From assembly GCA_009914755.4 (NCBI GenBank), contig CP068257.2, forward strand, positions 41,152,001-41,216,000: 64,000 nucleotides of DNA, given 5' to 3'. The DNA comes from the human T2T-CHM13v2.0 reference genome, Homo sapiens. The stretch's first letter is position 1; each line of letters begins with the position of its first letter. Position numbers and translations under genes: made by a program. A model generated the notes under the pieces. That model saw nothing but the letters and a program-made list of their open reading frames with translations. It was not told the origin of the DNA and searched no databases. Shown here piece by piece: positions 14,978 through 27,896 of this stretch.

Positions 14978-15835
14978 GTGGGGGGGGTCAGCCCCCTGCC
15001 CGGCCAGCCGCCCCGTCTGGGAGGGAGGTGGGGGGGTCAGCCCCCGCCCGGCCAGCCGCCCCGTCTGGGAGGGAGGTGGGGGGGTCAGCCCCCCGCCCGG
15101 CCAGCCGCCCCGTCTGGGAGGGAGGTGGGGGGGTCAGCCCCCCGCCCGGCCAGCCACCCCGTCTGGGAGGGAGGTGGGGGGGTCAGCCCCCCGCCCGGCC
15201 AGCCGCCCCATCCAGGAGGTGAGGGGCGCTTCTGCCCGGCCGCCCCTACTGGGAAGTGAGGAGCCCCTCTGCCCGGCCACGACCCCGTCTGGGAGGTGTG
15301 CCCAGCGGCTCATTGGGGATGGGCCATGATGACAATGGCGGTTTTGTGGAATAGAAAGGCGGGAAGGGTGGGGAAAAAATTGAGAAATCGGATGGTTGCC
15401 GGGTCTGTGTGGATAGAAGTAGACATGGGAGACTTTTCATTTTGTTCTGTACTAAGAAAAATTCTTCTGCCTTGGGATCCTGTTGATCTGTGACCTTACC
15501 CCCAACCCTGTGTTCTCTGAAACATGTGCTGTGTCCACTCAGGGTTGAATGGATTAAGGGCGGTGCAAGATGTGCTTTGTTAAACAGACGCTTGAAGGCA
15601 GCATGCGCGTTAAGAGTCATCACCACTCCCTAATCTCAAGTACCCAGGGACACAAACACTGCGGAAGGCCGCAGGGTCCTCTGCCTAGGAAAACCAGAGA
15701 CCTTTGTTCACTTGTTTATCTGCTGACCTTCCCTCCACTATTGTCCTATGACCCTGCCAAATCCCCCTCTGCGAGAAACACCCAAGAATGATCAATAAAA
15801 AAAAAATAAAAAATAAATAAATAAATAAATAAAAT
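14978..15835 (+). mobile_element. SVA composite retrotransposon, 5'-truncated: VNTR-like repeats, then SINE-R, then a poly-A signal and tail
   Basis: 14978-15240 holds about 5 tandem copies of a ~49-bp GC-rich unit (gggggggtcagccccccgcccggccagccgccccgtctgggagggaggtg). 15241-15795 matches the SVA SINE-R region (ctactgggaagtgaggagcccctctgcccggcc...ggccatgatgacaatggcggttttgtggaatagaaagg...ccaagaatgatcaataaa). The poly-A/AATA tail runs to 15835. A 15-bp target-site duplication AAAAATCTCAGTCCA sits at 14963-14977 and 15836-15850. Confidence 0.9.
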
Positions 15836-16830
15836 AAAAATCTCAGTCCAAAGGCTTTCACCGTAGTCTGTCTAAGGGACAGATAACATCGTCTCTCTGA
15901 ATTTGGGAGGGGACTGTTCTCTGTTGGTAGCCAAAAGGGGCCCAGCAAGGTGCTAGGGTTCCAGTCTCCCTGAGTCCTCAGGCAGGTCTTCCCAGCCCCC
16001 ACCCTGGGACTCCCTGCCCTGCTGCAGGGGAACGTGAGGGTCAGGGGTCCCCAGATTCCTGGGAGCTGGGGCCGGTGCCCTGGCAGAAACACGGCCTCAG
16101 GCAGGGTCCAGGGCCTGTGGGGGTGAGTCACCTTGTTATGGGCTGAATTCCCTCCCCAAAACTTACGTCCAAGCCCAACCTGGTGCCTCCCAGTACCGTA
16201 TTTGGAGACAGTGCCTTTAAAAGGTGGTTAAGATAACATGAGCTGACTGGGGTGGGCCCTGAGCCACTTTGACTGAGTCTTACAAGAAGAGGAGGTCGGG
16301 GCACAGATGCACATGAAGGGCGCCAGGGAAGGACAGACCCTGACACACAGAGGAGTGGGGACTCAGCAGAAGCCAGCCCTGCCAACACTTGTCTCAGACT
16401 TTGAGAGGTAAGTGTCTGTCGTTTAAGCCCCCCGCCAAGCTCACACACACACACACCTGTGTGCCTCGCTAGGGCTGCCCCAGCAGACTCACACATCACA
16501 CCTCCCTCACCACCGAGTCCCTGGGCAGCAACGTGGGCCCGGCTCACAAGCAGTGCTGGAGACAGCTTGAGCTTGGGTTGACTGCGCCAGCATAGCATGA
16601 TCTCTCTCTCTCTCTCTCGCTCTCTCTAAGGAAAAAAAGAAGATAAGAACTAGAGAGTCAGAAATGTCATCTCTTTCTTTCTTTTCTTCCTCCTTTCTTT
16701 CTTGCACTCCAGCCTGGGCAACAGAGTGAGACTCCATCTGAAAAAAAAAAAGGAAAGAAAGAAATTGATTTTATTAACCAAAACTAGTAAAGGGGAAGTG
16801 GCCAGATAGCCATCCATGGCAACCACTTCA

Positions 16831-17275
<445 letters not shown>

Positions 17276-17929
17276 TCAACAGTGGCCAGGTGGTGAACTA
17301 GCCACCTTGATGTCATCTGTGGAACTTTGCAGCTTGATCTCCAGGCTTGGTCTGTCTCAAGATTAGCCCCTGGAACGTCTAAGAAGGTGCATAATGAGAT
17401 GCGTGCATAATGAGATGCGCACATACAGTTAGAGAACTGTGAAGCGGGTATAGACAGTGAGAAAGGCGGGGACGTGAAGCCTACTTTAAGGCTAAGGGAA
17501 AAGGCTTCTGCAGTTCGCTTCAAGGTTATATCTTAAAATCCAAGAGAAAGGGGAAAAAAAGTTAAGATGCATTTTGAAGTTAAGCTGCCTGGTTACAAGT
17601 GAAAATACATAAGAGTACTGGTTTTTTTCCGGTTAATCCTAACTTTTCTAATATATTTTGCTAGCAGATATTTAAAATCTGGTGGTTTAGCCAAAGAATT
17701 TGGGACAGCAAGACTATACAATCTTCCATCCGCTGCAAAGAGATGTTCGTTTTTTCTCAGCGTTTCTGAGAAGCTGGAAAACAAGGTGAGCTGCCGCCTT
17801 GGACACCCTCCTCTTAATTCTGGTTCCTTCCTGCTCGACATGGGGACGGGACAGTCCGACGCTCCCTCTCATGGGAATGTATTTGCAGACATCATATCAT
17901 GGAAAATACTAAACACAAGTGTTGCCTCA

Positions 17930-18130
17930 GAAGCTCACGATGAGCCGGGTTCACGCCGGTGTAATTCTGCGGGGGCCGGACCCTGAATCTCATGCACGCG
18001 CGGCTGCGAAGGCGACGCAGCTTCTGCCTCTGAGCCGCCTCCTTCGATACATCCCGTGGGAGCGGGAGCCACACTGAGCGCCAGGTCTGCGGCCAGCCGG
18101 GTGGGAAACAGGCGCTGCTGCCAGCAAGCT
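17930..18130. promoter_or_regulatory. Short CpG-island-like block: ~19 CpG in ~200 bp, GC about 65%, CpG observed/expected near 1
   Basis: gagccgggttcacgccggtgtaattctgcgggggccggaccc...cacgcgcggctgcgaaggcgacgcag...gagcgccaggtctgcggccagccggg. It is unique (non-repeat) sequence in an otherwise CpG-depleted region. About 150 bp upstream at 17775-17790 there is a donor-like AAG|gtgagc. Confidence 0.3.
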
Positions 18131-18477
18131 CCTCCCACTCTGCTCACCTGCCCCGAGGTTCCCAGAAGTTCTCAATCAGTACCATGTCCTTTCCCCTTCT
18201 CGAAGAAAAACACTGTTGGCAATGGAACAGCGCCTCCCATTATCCTCCTGTCCTCACCAGGAACAGGCTCCCCAGACAGCAGACACTGTTTTCCGCGAGC
18301 CGGAGGCAGCCAGATTTGAGCCCAGATACCGCCATGGCCACTCCTGCGAAACCCTAGAAAGCCAGGGACATATTCAGGGGACTTCTCTTGCTCCAAGAAG
18401 CCGTGCCTGGCAGTCAGCGCCTGCACACAGGCAGCTCCCATGGCAGGAGCATGGGTGGCCAAAGGGGCCAAGGTTCT

Positions 18478-18725
18478 CTGTTGTCAGTCCTGCCTCGCCT
18501 GCCTCCCCTCCCTCCCCTGCCTCTCCTCCCTCCCCTCTTTCCCGTCCCTCCCCTCCCTCCCCTCTCCCCTTCCTCCTCTCCCTCCTCTTACTCCCCTCCC
18601 TCCCCTCCCTCCTCTGCCTCCCTTCCCTCCCCTGCCTCTCCTTTCTCCCCTCCCTCCCCTCACTCCCTTCCCTCTCTTTCCTTCTCTCCCTCTCCTCTCT
18701 CCTCTCCCTTCCCTGCCTGCATGAC
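18478..18725. repeat. Polypyrimidine (CT-rich, more than 95% C+T on the + strand) low-complexity tract, ~250 bp
   Basis: cctgcctcccctccctcccctgcctctcctccctcccctctttcccgtccctcccc.... It produces the proline/serine/leucine-rich artefactual ORFs 18216..18746, 18388..18843 and 18440..18724. Confidence 0.95.
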
Positions 18726-19719
18726 CTTGAGCTTTTCCTCTGTTAGTCCCAGGAGCAGCTGCACTGGGTCAGGAGTTTCTGAGCCTGGCTGGTCCTCAGG
18801 CCGTCTGTGGACACTGAGACACGCCCCAGCCCTGAGATTCTGATTCTGTAGGCCTGTTCTGGTTGCCAGGTCTGTTTTGCCAAGCTGTGTGTTTCTGGTG
18901 CAAGGCGTAGGGTGCGCGCTCGATGGCCTCCTGGGTGCTGCCATCTGCCCATCTGTATCTGCATCTGATGCCCGTGAGGAGACATAATGGAAGCAAGAGT
19001 GTGGGGTGGGAGGCCCTAATTGTTTCAGGGAAGTGTCCCAGCTTGGAAGTGGATTCTTGCAGGGGCTCTGGTCTGGTGGAGAAAGTGGAGAAGGCAGCCT
19101 GGGGACGTGGCTGGGTGGGGAGTGGGCGCAGGCACAGAGCCAGCCTGCATGCTCCTTCTCTCCCTCCATGGACATAAGGACAGTGAAGTACTGTCCATAC
19201 CACCGCGTCCAGGCATCTCACACGCCCTACACCTGAGAAACGGAGCTGAAAAATGAATTTGTGCTGTCCATCCACCACATCAGAAAGACGAGGGACAGTG
19301 ATGCCTAGTGTGGGTCACCAGAGAGGCCCACAGGGGACCCCTAACCTGCTACAGTTGTGCTCTAGTCATTTGTTTCTTGGCATTAGGGGCACTTTAAACC
19401 ATCAAATTAACAACCTCACCATAGTAACAACCTGTTCAATGTCACCAGGGGATCCTAATTGGCTCACAGTTAAGCCCCTTTCAACCTTCGCACTGTCGTG
19501 GTTGTCAGGACTGCCAAGCCGCCCTCCCATGCCTGCTCCTCATGCCTGTCCACTCTACAAGCCAGCTGTAAAACCCCTGCCCCCACCCTCTGTGTCGGTC
19601 CATGGTCACCACCCTGTCACCTCCAGCATCAGTCACGCCTCCGTGGTGGGCGTGGGGGCCCCACCCGAGGCTCCCGGGCATTTCTCTGATGGCTAATGAG
19701 ACTGATCTTTGATTTTTGA

Positions 19720-20163
<444 letters not shown>

Positions 20164-21149
20164 TGATCCCTTGCAGTTAACTCTATGTCCTATTACATCT
20201 TCTCCTGTAATAGGTGATCCAGGAGGCTACAACAGGCTGAAGTCTGTGTGTCCCACACATTCCTATGTTGAAATCCCAACCCCCGAGGTATTAGGAGGTG
20301 GAGGCTTTGGGAGGTGATGAGGTCATGAGGGGAGCGTGAGACTGGTCCCCTTGCAAAAGGGACCCCAGGAAGCTCTGTTCCGCCACGTGAGGATGCACAC
20401 GAAGGCAGCACCGCCTGCAGCCTGGAGCAGCACCCTCCCCAGAACCCGACCATCCCACCCCGATCTGCGATCTGCGGCTTCGGACCTCCAGGGCTGAGAG
20501 AGCCCAGGCTGCAGGGCAGAAGCCCCACTCTCCAGCCCCCGCCTGAGCTGCATAAGGCGGCCGCCCTTCCTCCACCCCCCTCTCTTCCGGGTCTCTGCTT
20601 GCGCTGGTTTCCTGTTGTTGCTGTAACAATTGCCGACGGAGCACCACAGATTCCCTCTCTGACAGCCCTGGGCGTCAGGAGCCCACAGGCCCTGCCACAG
20701 AACTGAAGCCAAGGTGCCAGCTGGACTGCTTCCTTGCCAGGGACCTGCAGGAAAATTCATCCTGGCCTTTTCTGTGGCCTTGCCCATGGCCTCGCCCATG
20801 GCCTCTTCCTCTGGTTCAAAGCCCATCATTCCAACCTCTGCTCCTATCATCCCCTCCCCTCTCCTTCGTTCCCTCTCCACTGCCTCTCCCTGCCCTCCTC
20901 TGCTGCCCTCCCGAAAGGACCCGAGGTGATACAGGCCCACAGGGCAGTCTGGCACAGCCTCCCCCGCTTCAGGTCCGGGGTTTAATCACATCTACAAAGT
21001 TGCTTTGGCTGTGGGAGCCAACGCTCACACGTTCCAGGAATTAGGACCAGGAAATCCTGGTGGGAGGGTGGGGGCAGATTCTGTCCTCCACCTGGCTGGG
21101 GGACCAAGTTGGCAGCGGGGCCTTTCCTGACTGCCCTGTCAGAAACTGC

Positions 21150-21525
21150 AGCACCACCCTACCCCACTCCACCTCACCCCTACCTCACCCCACCTCACCC
21201 CTACCTCACCCCACCTCACCCCACCTCACCCCTACCTCACCCCACCTCACCCCACTCCACCCTCATCCCACCACACCCCCACTCCACCCACCCCTACTCC
21301 ACCCCACCTTTACCCCACCCCACCCCTGCCTCACCCCACCTCACCCCACTTCCACTCCAACCCACCTTACCCCGCCCCTACTCCACCCCACCCCTACCTC
21401 ACCCTCATCTCACCCGACCCCACCCCACCTCCACTCCAGCCCACCCTACCCCATCCCCACCCCACCCCACCCCCACCCTCATCTCACCTGACCCCACCCC
21501 CAGTCCACCCCACCCCCACTCCCCA
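21150..21525. repeat. C-rich minisatellite: ~370 bp of degenerate 9-14 bp units, with ccccacctcacccctacctca as a representative stretch
   Basis: The + strand has C3-C5 tracts every 5-8 nt, so the - strand carries dense G3-G5 runs. It underlies the proline/histidine/threonine-rich artefactual ORFs 21060..21491 and 21109..21789. Confidence 0.92.
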
Positions 21526-24033
21526 CTTTGGGTACAAAAACCAGAAAAGCCCAGGCGAACGGCAGGAGGAGGTAGGTGTCCCGGCCCCATGCGCGCCACA
21601 TGGCTGGCTTGTTCTGTCTGTCATTCCCCTACTCCTTGTTCTGTCCGGGGTTCCTCCAGCCCCACACCTCAGCATGCCTGTGATGCCACCCTCAGACAGC
21701 CGCAGGCCCCGCCCTGTGGTGGTCCCCAAAATTCCAAGTCCGACTCCAATGGCCCGAGACCGGCCAGGCTGGCAGTTTCATCTGGTTAGGGATGCGTGGG
21801 CTCCTCCACATTCCACCTTTTGAGATGTGCTGTAACCTTCTACCTGGACCCCAGACAGACAGGGTCAGCCGAAGCCCCAGGCACTCCTGGACTCAGGCAC
21901 CCGTGACTGGCAGCAGAGCACGTCCCCTAGCCAGGGCCACGTTTGTCATGGGATCGCTGGACATTGGCCACCAGAATGGTGCTGGCATGCTGAATTGGGG
22001 TGGTTCAAAGTGTCTGTATAGATAGGCACCCTGCAGAACCTCCCTTCCTAGGATCCTGAACTCCCCAGGGCGGCCAGGTGGCTGGGACATGCTAAGGGTT
22101 CAGTGACCATTTGTGGGATGAGTGGGTGGATGTGAGTTGTGGTTGCCAACCTAAAGAAGCATGGAGGACAAAACCCACAGGGCAGATTGTGCTGGGGGAC
22201 AAGGGGGTCCCCTGGTAGGCAAGTGTATTCATGTGATGTGTGTGCCTGGGCACGTGTGTACATTATGTGAGGACGTGCACATACCACTCACCTAGCCCTG
22301 CTTCCAGCTAAGAGAAAGGAAGCCAGAAACATGCAAAGATGCCAAGCAAGCACCCTGGGCACGGTTTTCCAGACCTCGCAGGGAACAGAGTAAAAGCTAG
22401 GAATGCTGGGCTTCACGAAGGAGCAGAGGGGGCAGGTGCGGAGGGAGGAGGCCGGCAGAGAGCAGGTCCCTCCTGGAGCAGCGCGATCGGGCGCCGAGGC
22501 CTCATGCAACATCCGACAACTACTCATGGCAAGGAGAATTCTGGACTGACTTTCTATTGTTTTGATTAAAAGTAATTTTATCCAAAAATCCAAAATGTAC
22601 TGGACGTGCCAATCAGAATGGAACAGAAGGAAATGCCGCACTACCTGGCTGCCTCTCCCCTCGGCTGCTGGTGGCTGCCCATAGACCCCTGTGAACAGCT
22701 GATGCATGTCCCACCTGCACCATAGGGCCTGGAGGAAGCGGCTGTAGCAGGACTCGCAGAGTTCCCCGTGCGTGGCCACCGGCCCTGCCTCCATCGCTGT
22801 TGTCTCCCCGCAGGCCAAGGCGAGGCAGGTGGGGCGCACTGCATGGCTCTCAGGGGAAGGATCCACTCAGATGTTCCCTCTGCCCATCGCCTGCCCACCT
22901 TGGACTGCCCACCATCCTGGATGGAGCCACTGGAGGCTCCCGTGGCCCACACTGGCCCCTCCAACACCCCTGCTAACCTCAGGCATGGCCCATCGCTGCA
23001 GCTGTGTTGGGGTGCCTCTGCCATCAGGATGTTGCCCACACAGAAGCCACCTGCTCTGCAGAGAGCAGGAACTGGGGGTTAGGACCTGCATGTGTCGTTT
23101 TGGAGACACGATTCAACTCACGACACTCTTATAGTCTTAGCTTTCCCATCTGTCAACTTCTACCTCTTCAGTTGTTGTGAAGTTTTAATAAAATGAAGTC
23201 ACGCCAGGCAAGTGCTTTGCATGAGGTCTGGTGCTCCTCGGGTACCCCTCGGGGCCTGCCTCATCTCTCCTGTGTGTGGAGGCATCGTTACTCCTATTCC
23301 AAGCAAGCACGGGTGGAGCTGTTAGTTGGGAACGTCTTTTCCTCAAACAAGCCAGGATCTGAGGAAAGCAGAGGGCAGGAACTGTGACCAAAAGAGAACA
23401 ACAGACTCAGAGTACATGTGGAGATCTGGGATCTGCCAGCGGGGTCTCCCTGAGAGGCCTGGGATAGCTCAGGGGCTCTACAAACTGGGTAGTGTGACAT
23501 GGGAGGGGGAAACTGATGGAAATGGGCAAGAAGGAAAAGGTTGACAGGGAGGTAAGAACCCAGGAGAACAAATCATGACCATAACCTACTTGGTCAATTT
23601 CAAACCTAAACTTTTGCGTTTGACTGCCTGGACACAAAAGGAGAGTGTGTCAGCTAGCCCTGGCTGTGTAACAAACCTCCCCAACACTTAGTGGCTTGAA
23701 CAACAATGTTTATTATTTCTCACAGTTCTGAGGGTTGACAGGCAGATTTTTTGGTCTGACCAGCCCGGCTGGAGCTGGCTGGTTTACGATGGCCTCAGCC
23801 ACACGTCTGCCACTTCGTTTGCCAGCAGACTGCAGTTTCAAGCACACGTCTCTGTCATTGTGTGGCAGGCTAACAAGGCTCATTCACACGGTGACAGGTG
23901 GTTCCCAGCAGCCAGAGAATGTTAAGTCCTCCTAAGTCTCAAGCACTTTTCAAGTCTCAGTATGCACGGATCCTTACCTCTCATCGGCCACAGCAAATCA
24001 CATGGTCAAGCCCAAGTTTAAAAACTCGCTTCA

Positions 24034-24428
<395 letters not shown>

Positions 24429-24614
24429 GCAATCTACCAGAGTGAGGAAGATGGCTAAAAGCAAGATTGGGAGTCATTCTTCAAGCATCTGTCTTTAAAT
24501 GCCCTTTTCAGCTTTCTCTATCACCAAGTCCCTGCTGCTTTTTCTAACACTTTCAAGAGCTACTTGACTCCAGGGTCAGGGCACACCACAACCCTTTATT
24601 ATAAAGAACAGCTG

Positions 24615-24905
24615 AGGCCAGGCACTGTGGCTCACGCCTGTAATCCCAACAGTTTGGGAGGCCGAGGCAGGTGGATCACCTGAGATCAGGAGTTCAAGAT
24701 CAGCCTGGTCAATATGGCAAAACCCCATTTCTACTAAAAATACAAAAAAAAAAAAATTAGCTGGACGTGGTGGCACACACCTGTAATTCCAGCTACTCAG
24801 GAGGCTGAGGCAGGAGAATCGTTTGAACCTGGGACGTGGAGGTTACAGTGAGCCAAGATCGCCTGGGCACCAGAGTGAGACTTCGTCTCAAAAAAAAAAA
24901 AAAGA
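24615..24905 (+). mobile_element. Alu SINE, full length
   Basis: ggccaggcactgtggctcacgcctgtaatcccaacagtttgggagg...a14 tail. Target-site duplication AAGAAYAGCTGA at 24604-24615 and 24912-24923. Confidence 0.9.
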
Positions 24906-25488
24906 GAAAAGAAAGAATAGCTGAAACGTTAACTTGGCATCCGATGCTATTCTCCTCGAACTCACACTGAAGGATTCCACCTTCTAAGACTATTGAAACC
25001 CTCCATGCGGTGCTCCGAGAGACTGCCGGAGACCTGCTGCTGATCCAGTTAATGCTACCCCAGCACTGACGGGGTGTTGGTTACAACCAGCGTGAGTCAA
25101 GGAGGGAGTTAGCACCTAACTTCCAAGACTCAGGAGTGTGTAAAAAATGAGTGCCTTACATCTGGTGTTATTTTACCTCACCAGTTTTTATACATAGGTG
25201 TTTATTTTAGCCAGCCATCAAAGGGACCTTAAAAATGTAAAGAATTCTTACACATTCTCCTTGCAGCACAAATCTGTAATTAAGGGATTCTCAAAAACGA
25301 GTGCAAAGTTTTATTCTGAGACCCCCAGTGCTCACCGAAATTGTCACATTTGGCCTTCCACATGGTGGGAGAGCAGAGTCACTCAGTTTCTGCGAAGTTT
25401 AAAGGAGATTTGAAGCTTTCAGGCAACGCTGAGGAAGGTGGATAACAGTGTTTTACAAGTGGGAGAAACTTCAAATTAAACAAAGCAC

Positions 25489-25625
25489 AGCCAGGTGCAG
25501 TGGCTCATACATGTAATCCAGCACTTTGGGAGGCTGAGGCGGGAGAATTGCTTGAACCCAGGAGGCAGACGTTGCACCATTGCACTCCAGCCTGGGCGAC
25601 AGAGACAGACTCTATCAGAAAAGAA
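25489..25625 (+). mobile_element. Alu SINE with a large internal deletion: left-monomer start joined to right-monomer end
   Basis: agccaggtgcagtggctcatacatgtaatccagcactttgggaggctgaggcgggagaattgcttgaacccaggaggcagacgttgcaccattgcactccagcctgggcgacagag. Confidence 0.8.
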
Positions 25626-25709
25626 AAAGAACAAAAGAAAGAAAAGAAAATTTACAAAATAAATATCCTTACAAAAATTAAAAATAATAATAATAAATAA
25701 ATAAAACAG

Positions 25710-25903
25710 GCCGGGCAAGACAGCTCACACTGTAATCCCAGCACTTTAGGAGGCCGAGGTGAGTGGATCACTTGAGGTCAGGAGTTCAAGACCAGCCTGG
25801 CCAACATGGCGAAACCCCGTCTGTACAAAAAATACAAAATTAGCCAGGCATGGTGGCGCACGCCTGTAATCCCAGCTACTTGGGAGGCTGAGGCAGGAGG
25901 ATC
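25710..25903 (+). mobile_element. Alu SINE, 3'-truncated, abutting an L1 fragment
   Basis: ggccgggcaagacagctcacactgtaatcccagc...gctgaggcaggaggatcacctg, then L1 sequence begins. Confidence 0.85.
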
Positions 25904-25904
25904 A

Positions 25905-26335
25905 CCTGCACAGCCATAGAGAAAAAGGAAATCATGTCCTTTGCAGTAACGTGGGTGCAGTTGGAGGCCATTGTCTGAAGCGAATTAACGTAGGAAGGGA
26001 AGCCACATACCGCATTTGCTCACTTCCAAGTGGGAGCTGAACACTGAGTGCACAGGACGTAAAGAGGACAGCAACAGACATTGGAGACTATTAGACATGG
26101 GAGGGAGGAGCCAGGGCTGATAAACACCTACTGGGTACTATGCTCAGTACCTGGGTGACGGGATCAGTTGTACAAACATCAGATAAACACCTACTGGGTA
26201 CTATGCTTAGTACCTGGGTGATGGGATCAGTTGTACAAACATCAGCATCACGCAATGTACCCAGGTAACAAACCTGCACATGTACCCCCGAATCTAAAAT
26301 AAAAATTGAATTTTTTTTAAAAAAAGAACTTCTTA
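25905..26335 (+). mobile_element. L1 (LINE-1) 3'-end fragment: end of ORF2 plus 3' UTR, carrying an internal 66-bp tandem duplication
   Basis: gaaatcatgtcctttgcag...cacataccgcatttgctcacttccaagtgggagctgaacactgag...gtaacaaacctgcacatgtacccccgaatctaaaataaaaatt is characteristic of an L1 3' end. The unit gataaacacctactgggtactatgctYagtacctgggtgaYgggatcagttgtacaaacatcag is present twice, at 26121-26186 and 26187-26252. Confidence 0.85.
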
Positions 26336-26357
26336 TATTCTAGGCATAGTATGTTCA

Positions 26358-26735
<378 letters not shown>

Positions 26736-27109
26736 TTAAATTAAATTAATTACGGCAAGAGTAAGCAGCATTGTTGTTTGTTGACAAATGGCTTTGAGTT
26801 CTAAGACTGATCTTCATGATCATATCTGTGTATTAATGTATGTTATACATGAATATTCAATTCATGTAAGATTTCTGTTCACTACGTGGGTTACACAAGA
26901 CACAATAAAGCAAAATTTCAAAATAAGAAGAAAGCATATAGAGAGATCCCATGTGCCGTTATTCTACATACTCGTCCTCTGTTGGATATAGGGCTTGCAA
27001 ATAGTTCCTCCCAGTCTGTAATAAAAGGCCCCAGGTCTCCTCAATGCTCACATCTTCTCTAACATATCATGATGTCACAGGCAAGAATGGACAGTGACAC
27101 ACACGAGAT

Positions 27110-27590
27110 TCAGAACACTCCCCAGCCACCTCCCAACTCACAGACATCCCTCCAGGGATCCACAGGATCCCTCCAGTGCCCCTTGTAAGACCCGTTTGTA
27201 TAACCATTGAGGACATCCAGGCTAGTCCACTGTTTGGCTTTGACAGGTAAATCTGCTATGAACATTGATCCACTGGTTGTTATGAACATGAGTCTTTGCC
27301 TGTCTGGGCGTGCCCAGGAGAGCAATCCTGGGGCTGTATAGTAATTGAACATGGAGTTTTGTAAGAAACTGCCAAACCGTTTTCCAGAACGGCTGCACCT
27401 TTTACATTCCCACCAGCAATGCACAAATCGGTTATCTTTTTGTTACTGACATCTAGTTTGATTCCCCTTTGGTCAAAGTACACATTCTGTATGATCCCAA
27501 CTCTTTTACATTTATTGGGGTTTAATTTATGGCTCATTATGCAATCCATCTTGGTACATGTTCCATGAACGTTTGAAACAAATGTGTACA
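27110..27590 (+). mobile_element. Probable ancient L1 fragment (ORF2 3' region)
   Basis: It contains the L1-typical motif ccagaacggctgcaccttttacattcccaccagcaatgcacaa, which matches the L1 consensus ...gtggctgcaccattttacattcccaccagcaatg. It is degraded, and I did not delimit the rest of it by eye. Confidence 0.4.
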
Positions 27591-27896
27591 GCCAGTCATG
27601 GTAGCTCACGCCTGTAATCCCAGCACTTTGGGAAGCCAAGGTAGTGGATTGCTTGAGCCCAAGAGTTTCAGACCAGCCTAGGCAAAATGGTGAGACCCCC
27701 ATCTCTACAAAAAATACAAAAATTAGCCAGGCGTGGTGGTGTGTGCCTGTAGTCTCAGTGGGAGGCTAAGGGAGGAGGATTGCTTGAGCCTGGGAAGCAG
27801 AGGTTGCTGTGAACTGAGATCGCACCACAGTGCTCCAGCCTGGGCAACAGAGTGAGACCCTGTCTCAACAAAAAAAGAAAGAAAAATAAAATAAAA
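27591..27896 (+). mobile_element. Alu SINE (older, diverged), full length
   Basis: gccagtcatggtagctcacgcctgtaatcccagcactttgggaagccaagg.... Target-site duplication AATGYGTACAG at 27581-27591 and 27897-27907. Confidence 0.88.

Noticed and set aside
14978-15240. Regular ~49-bp tandem repeats that superficially resemble a repeat-spacer array
   Set aside because: There are no unique spacers; the units are contiguous and GC-rich. The array is contiguous with the SINE-R and poly-A of an SVA element, so it is the SVA VNTR and not CRISPR.
18216-18843. ORFs of 94-176 aa rich in P/S/L
   Set aside because: They are translations of the 250-bp polypyrimidine tract.
20323-20955. 210-aa minus-strand ORF in GC-rich unique sequence
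   Set aside because: It has no recognisable domain. Its Arg/Gly-rich composition is typical of a random GC-rich ORF. It has no splice or start context, so it is probably spurious.
21060-21789. 226-aa proline/histidine/threonine-rich ORF 21109..21789 and its neighbours
   Set aside because: It is a product of the CCCCA-rich minisatellite. It has no start context and no coding-like composition outside the repeat.
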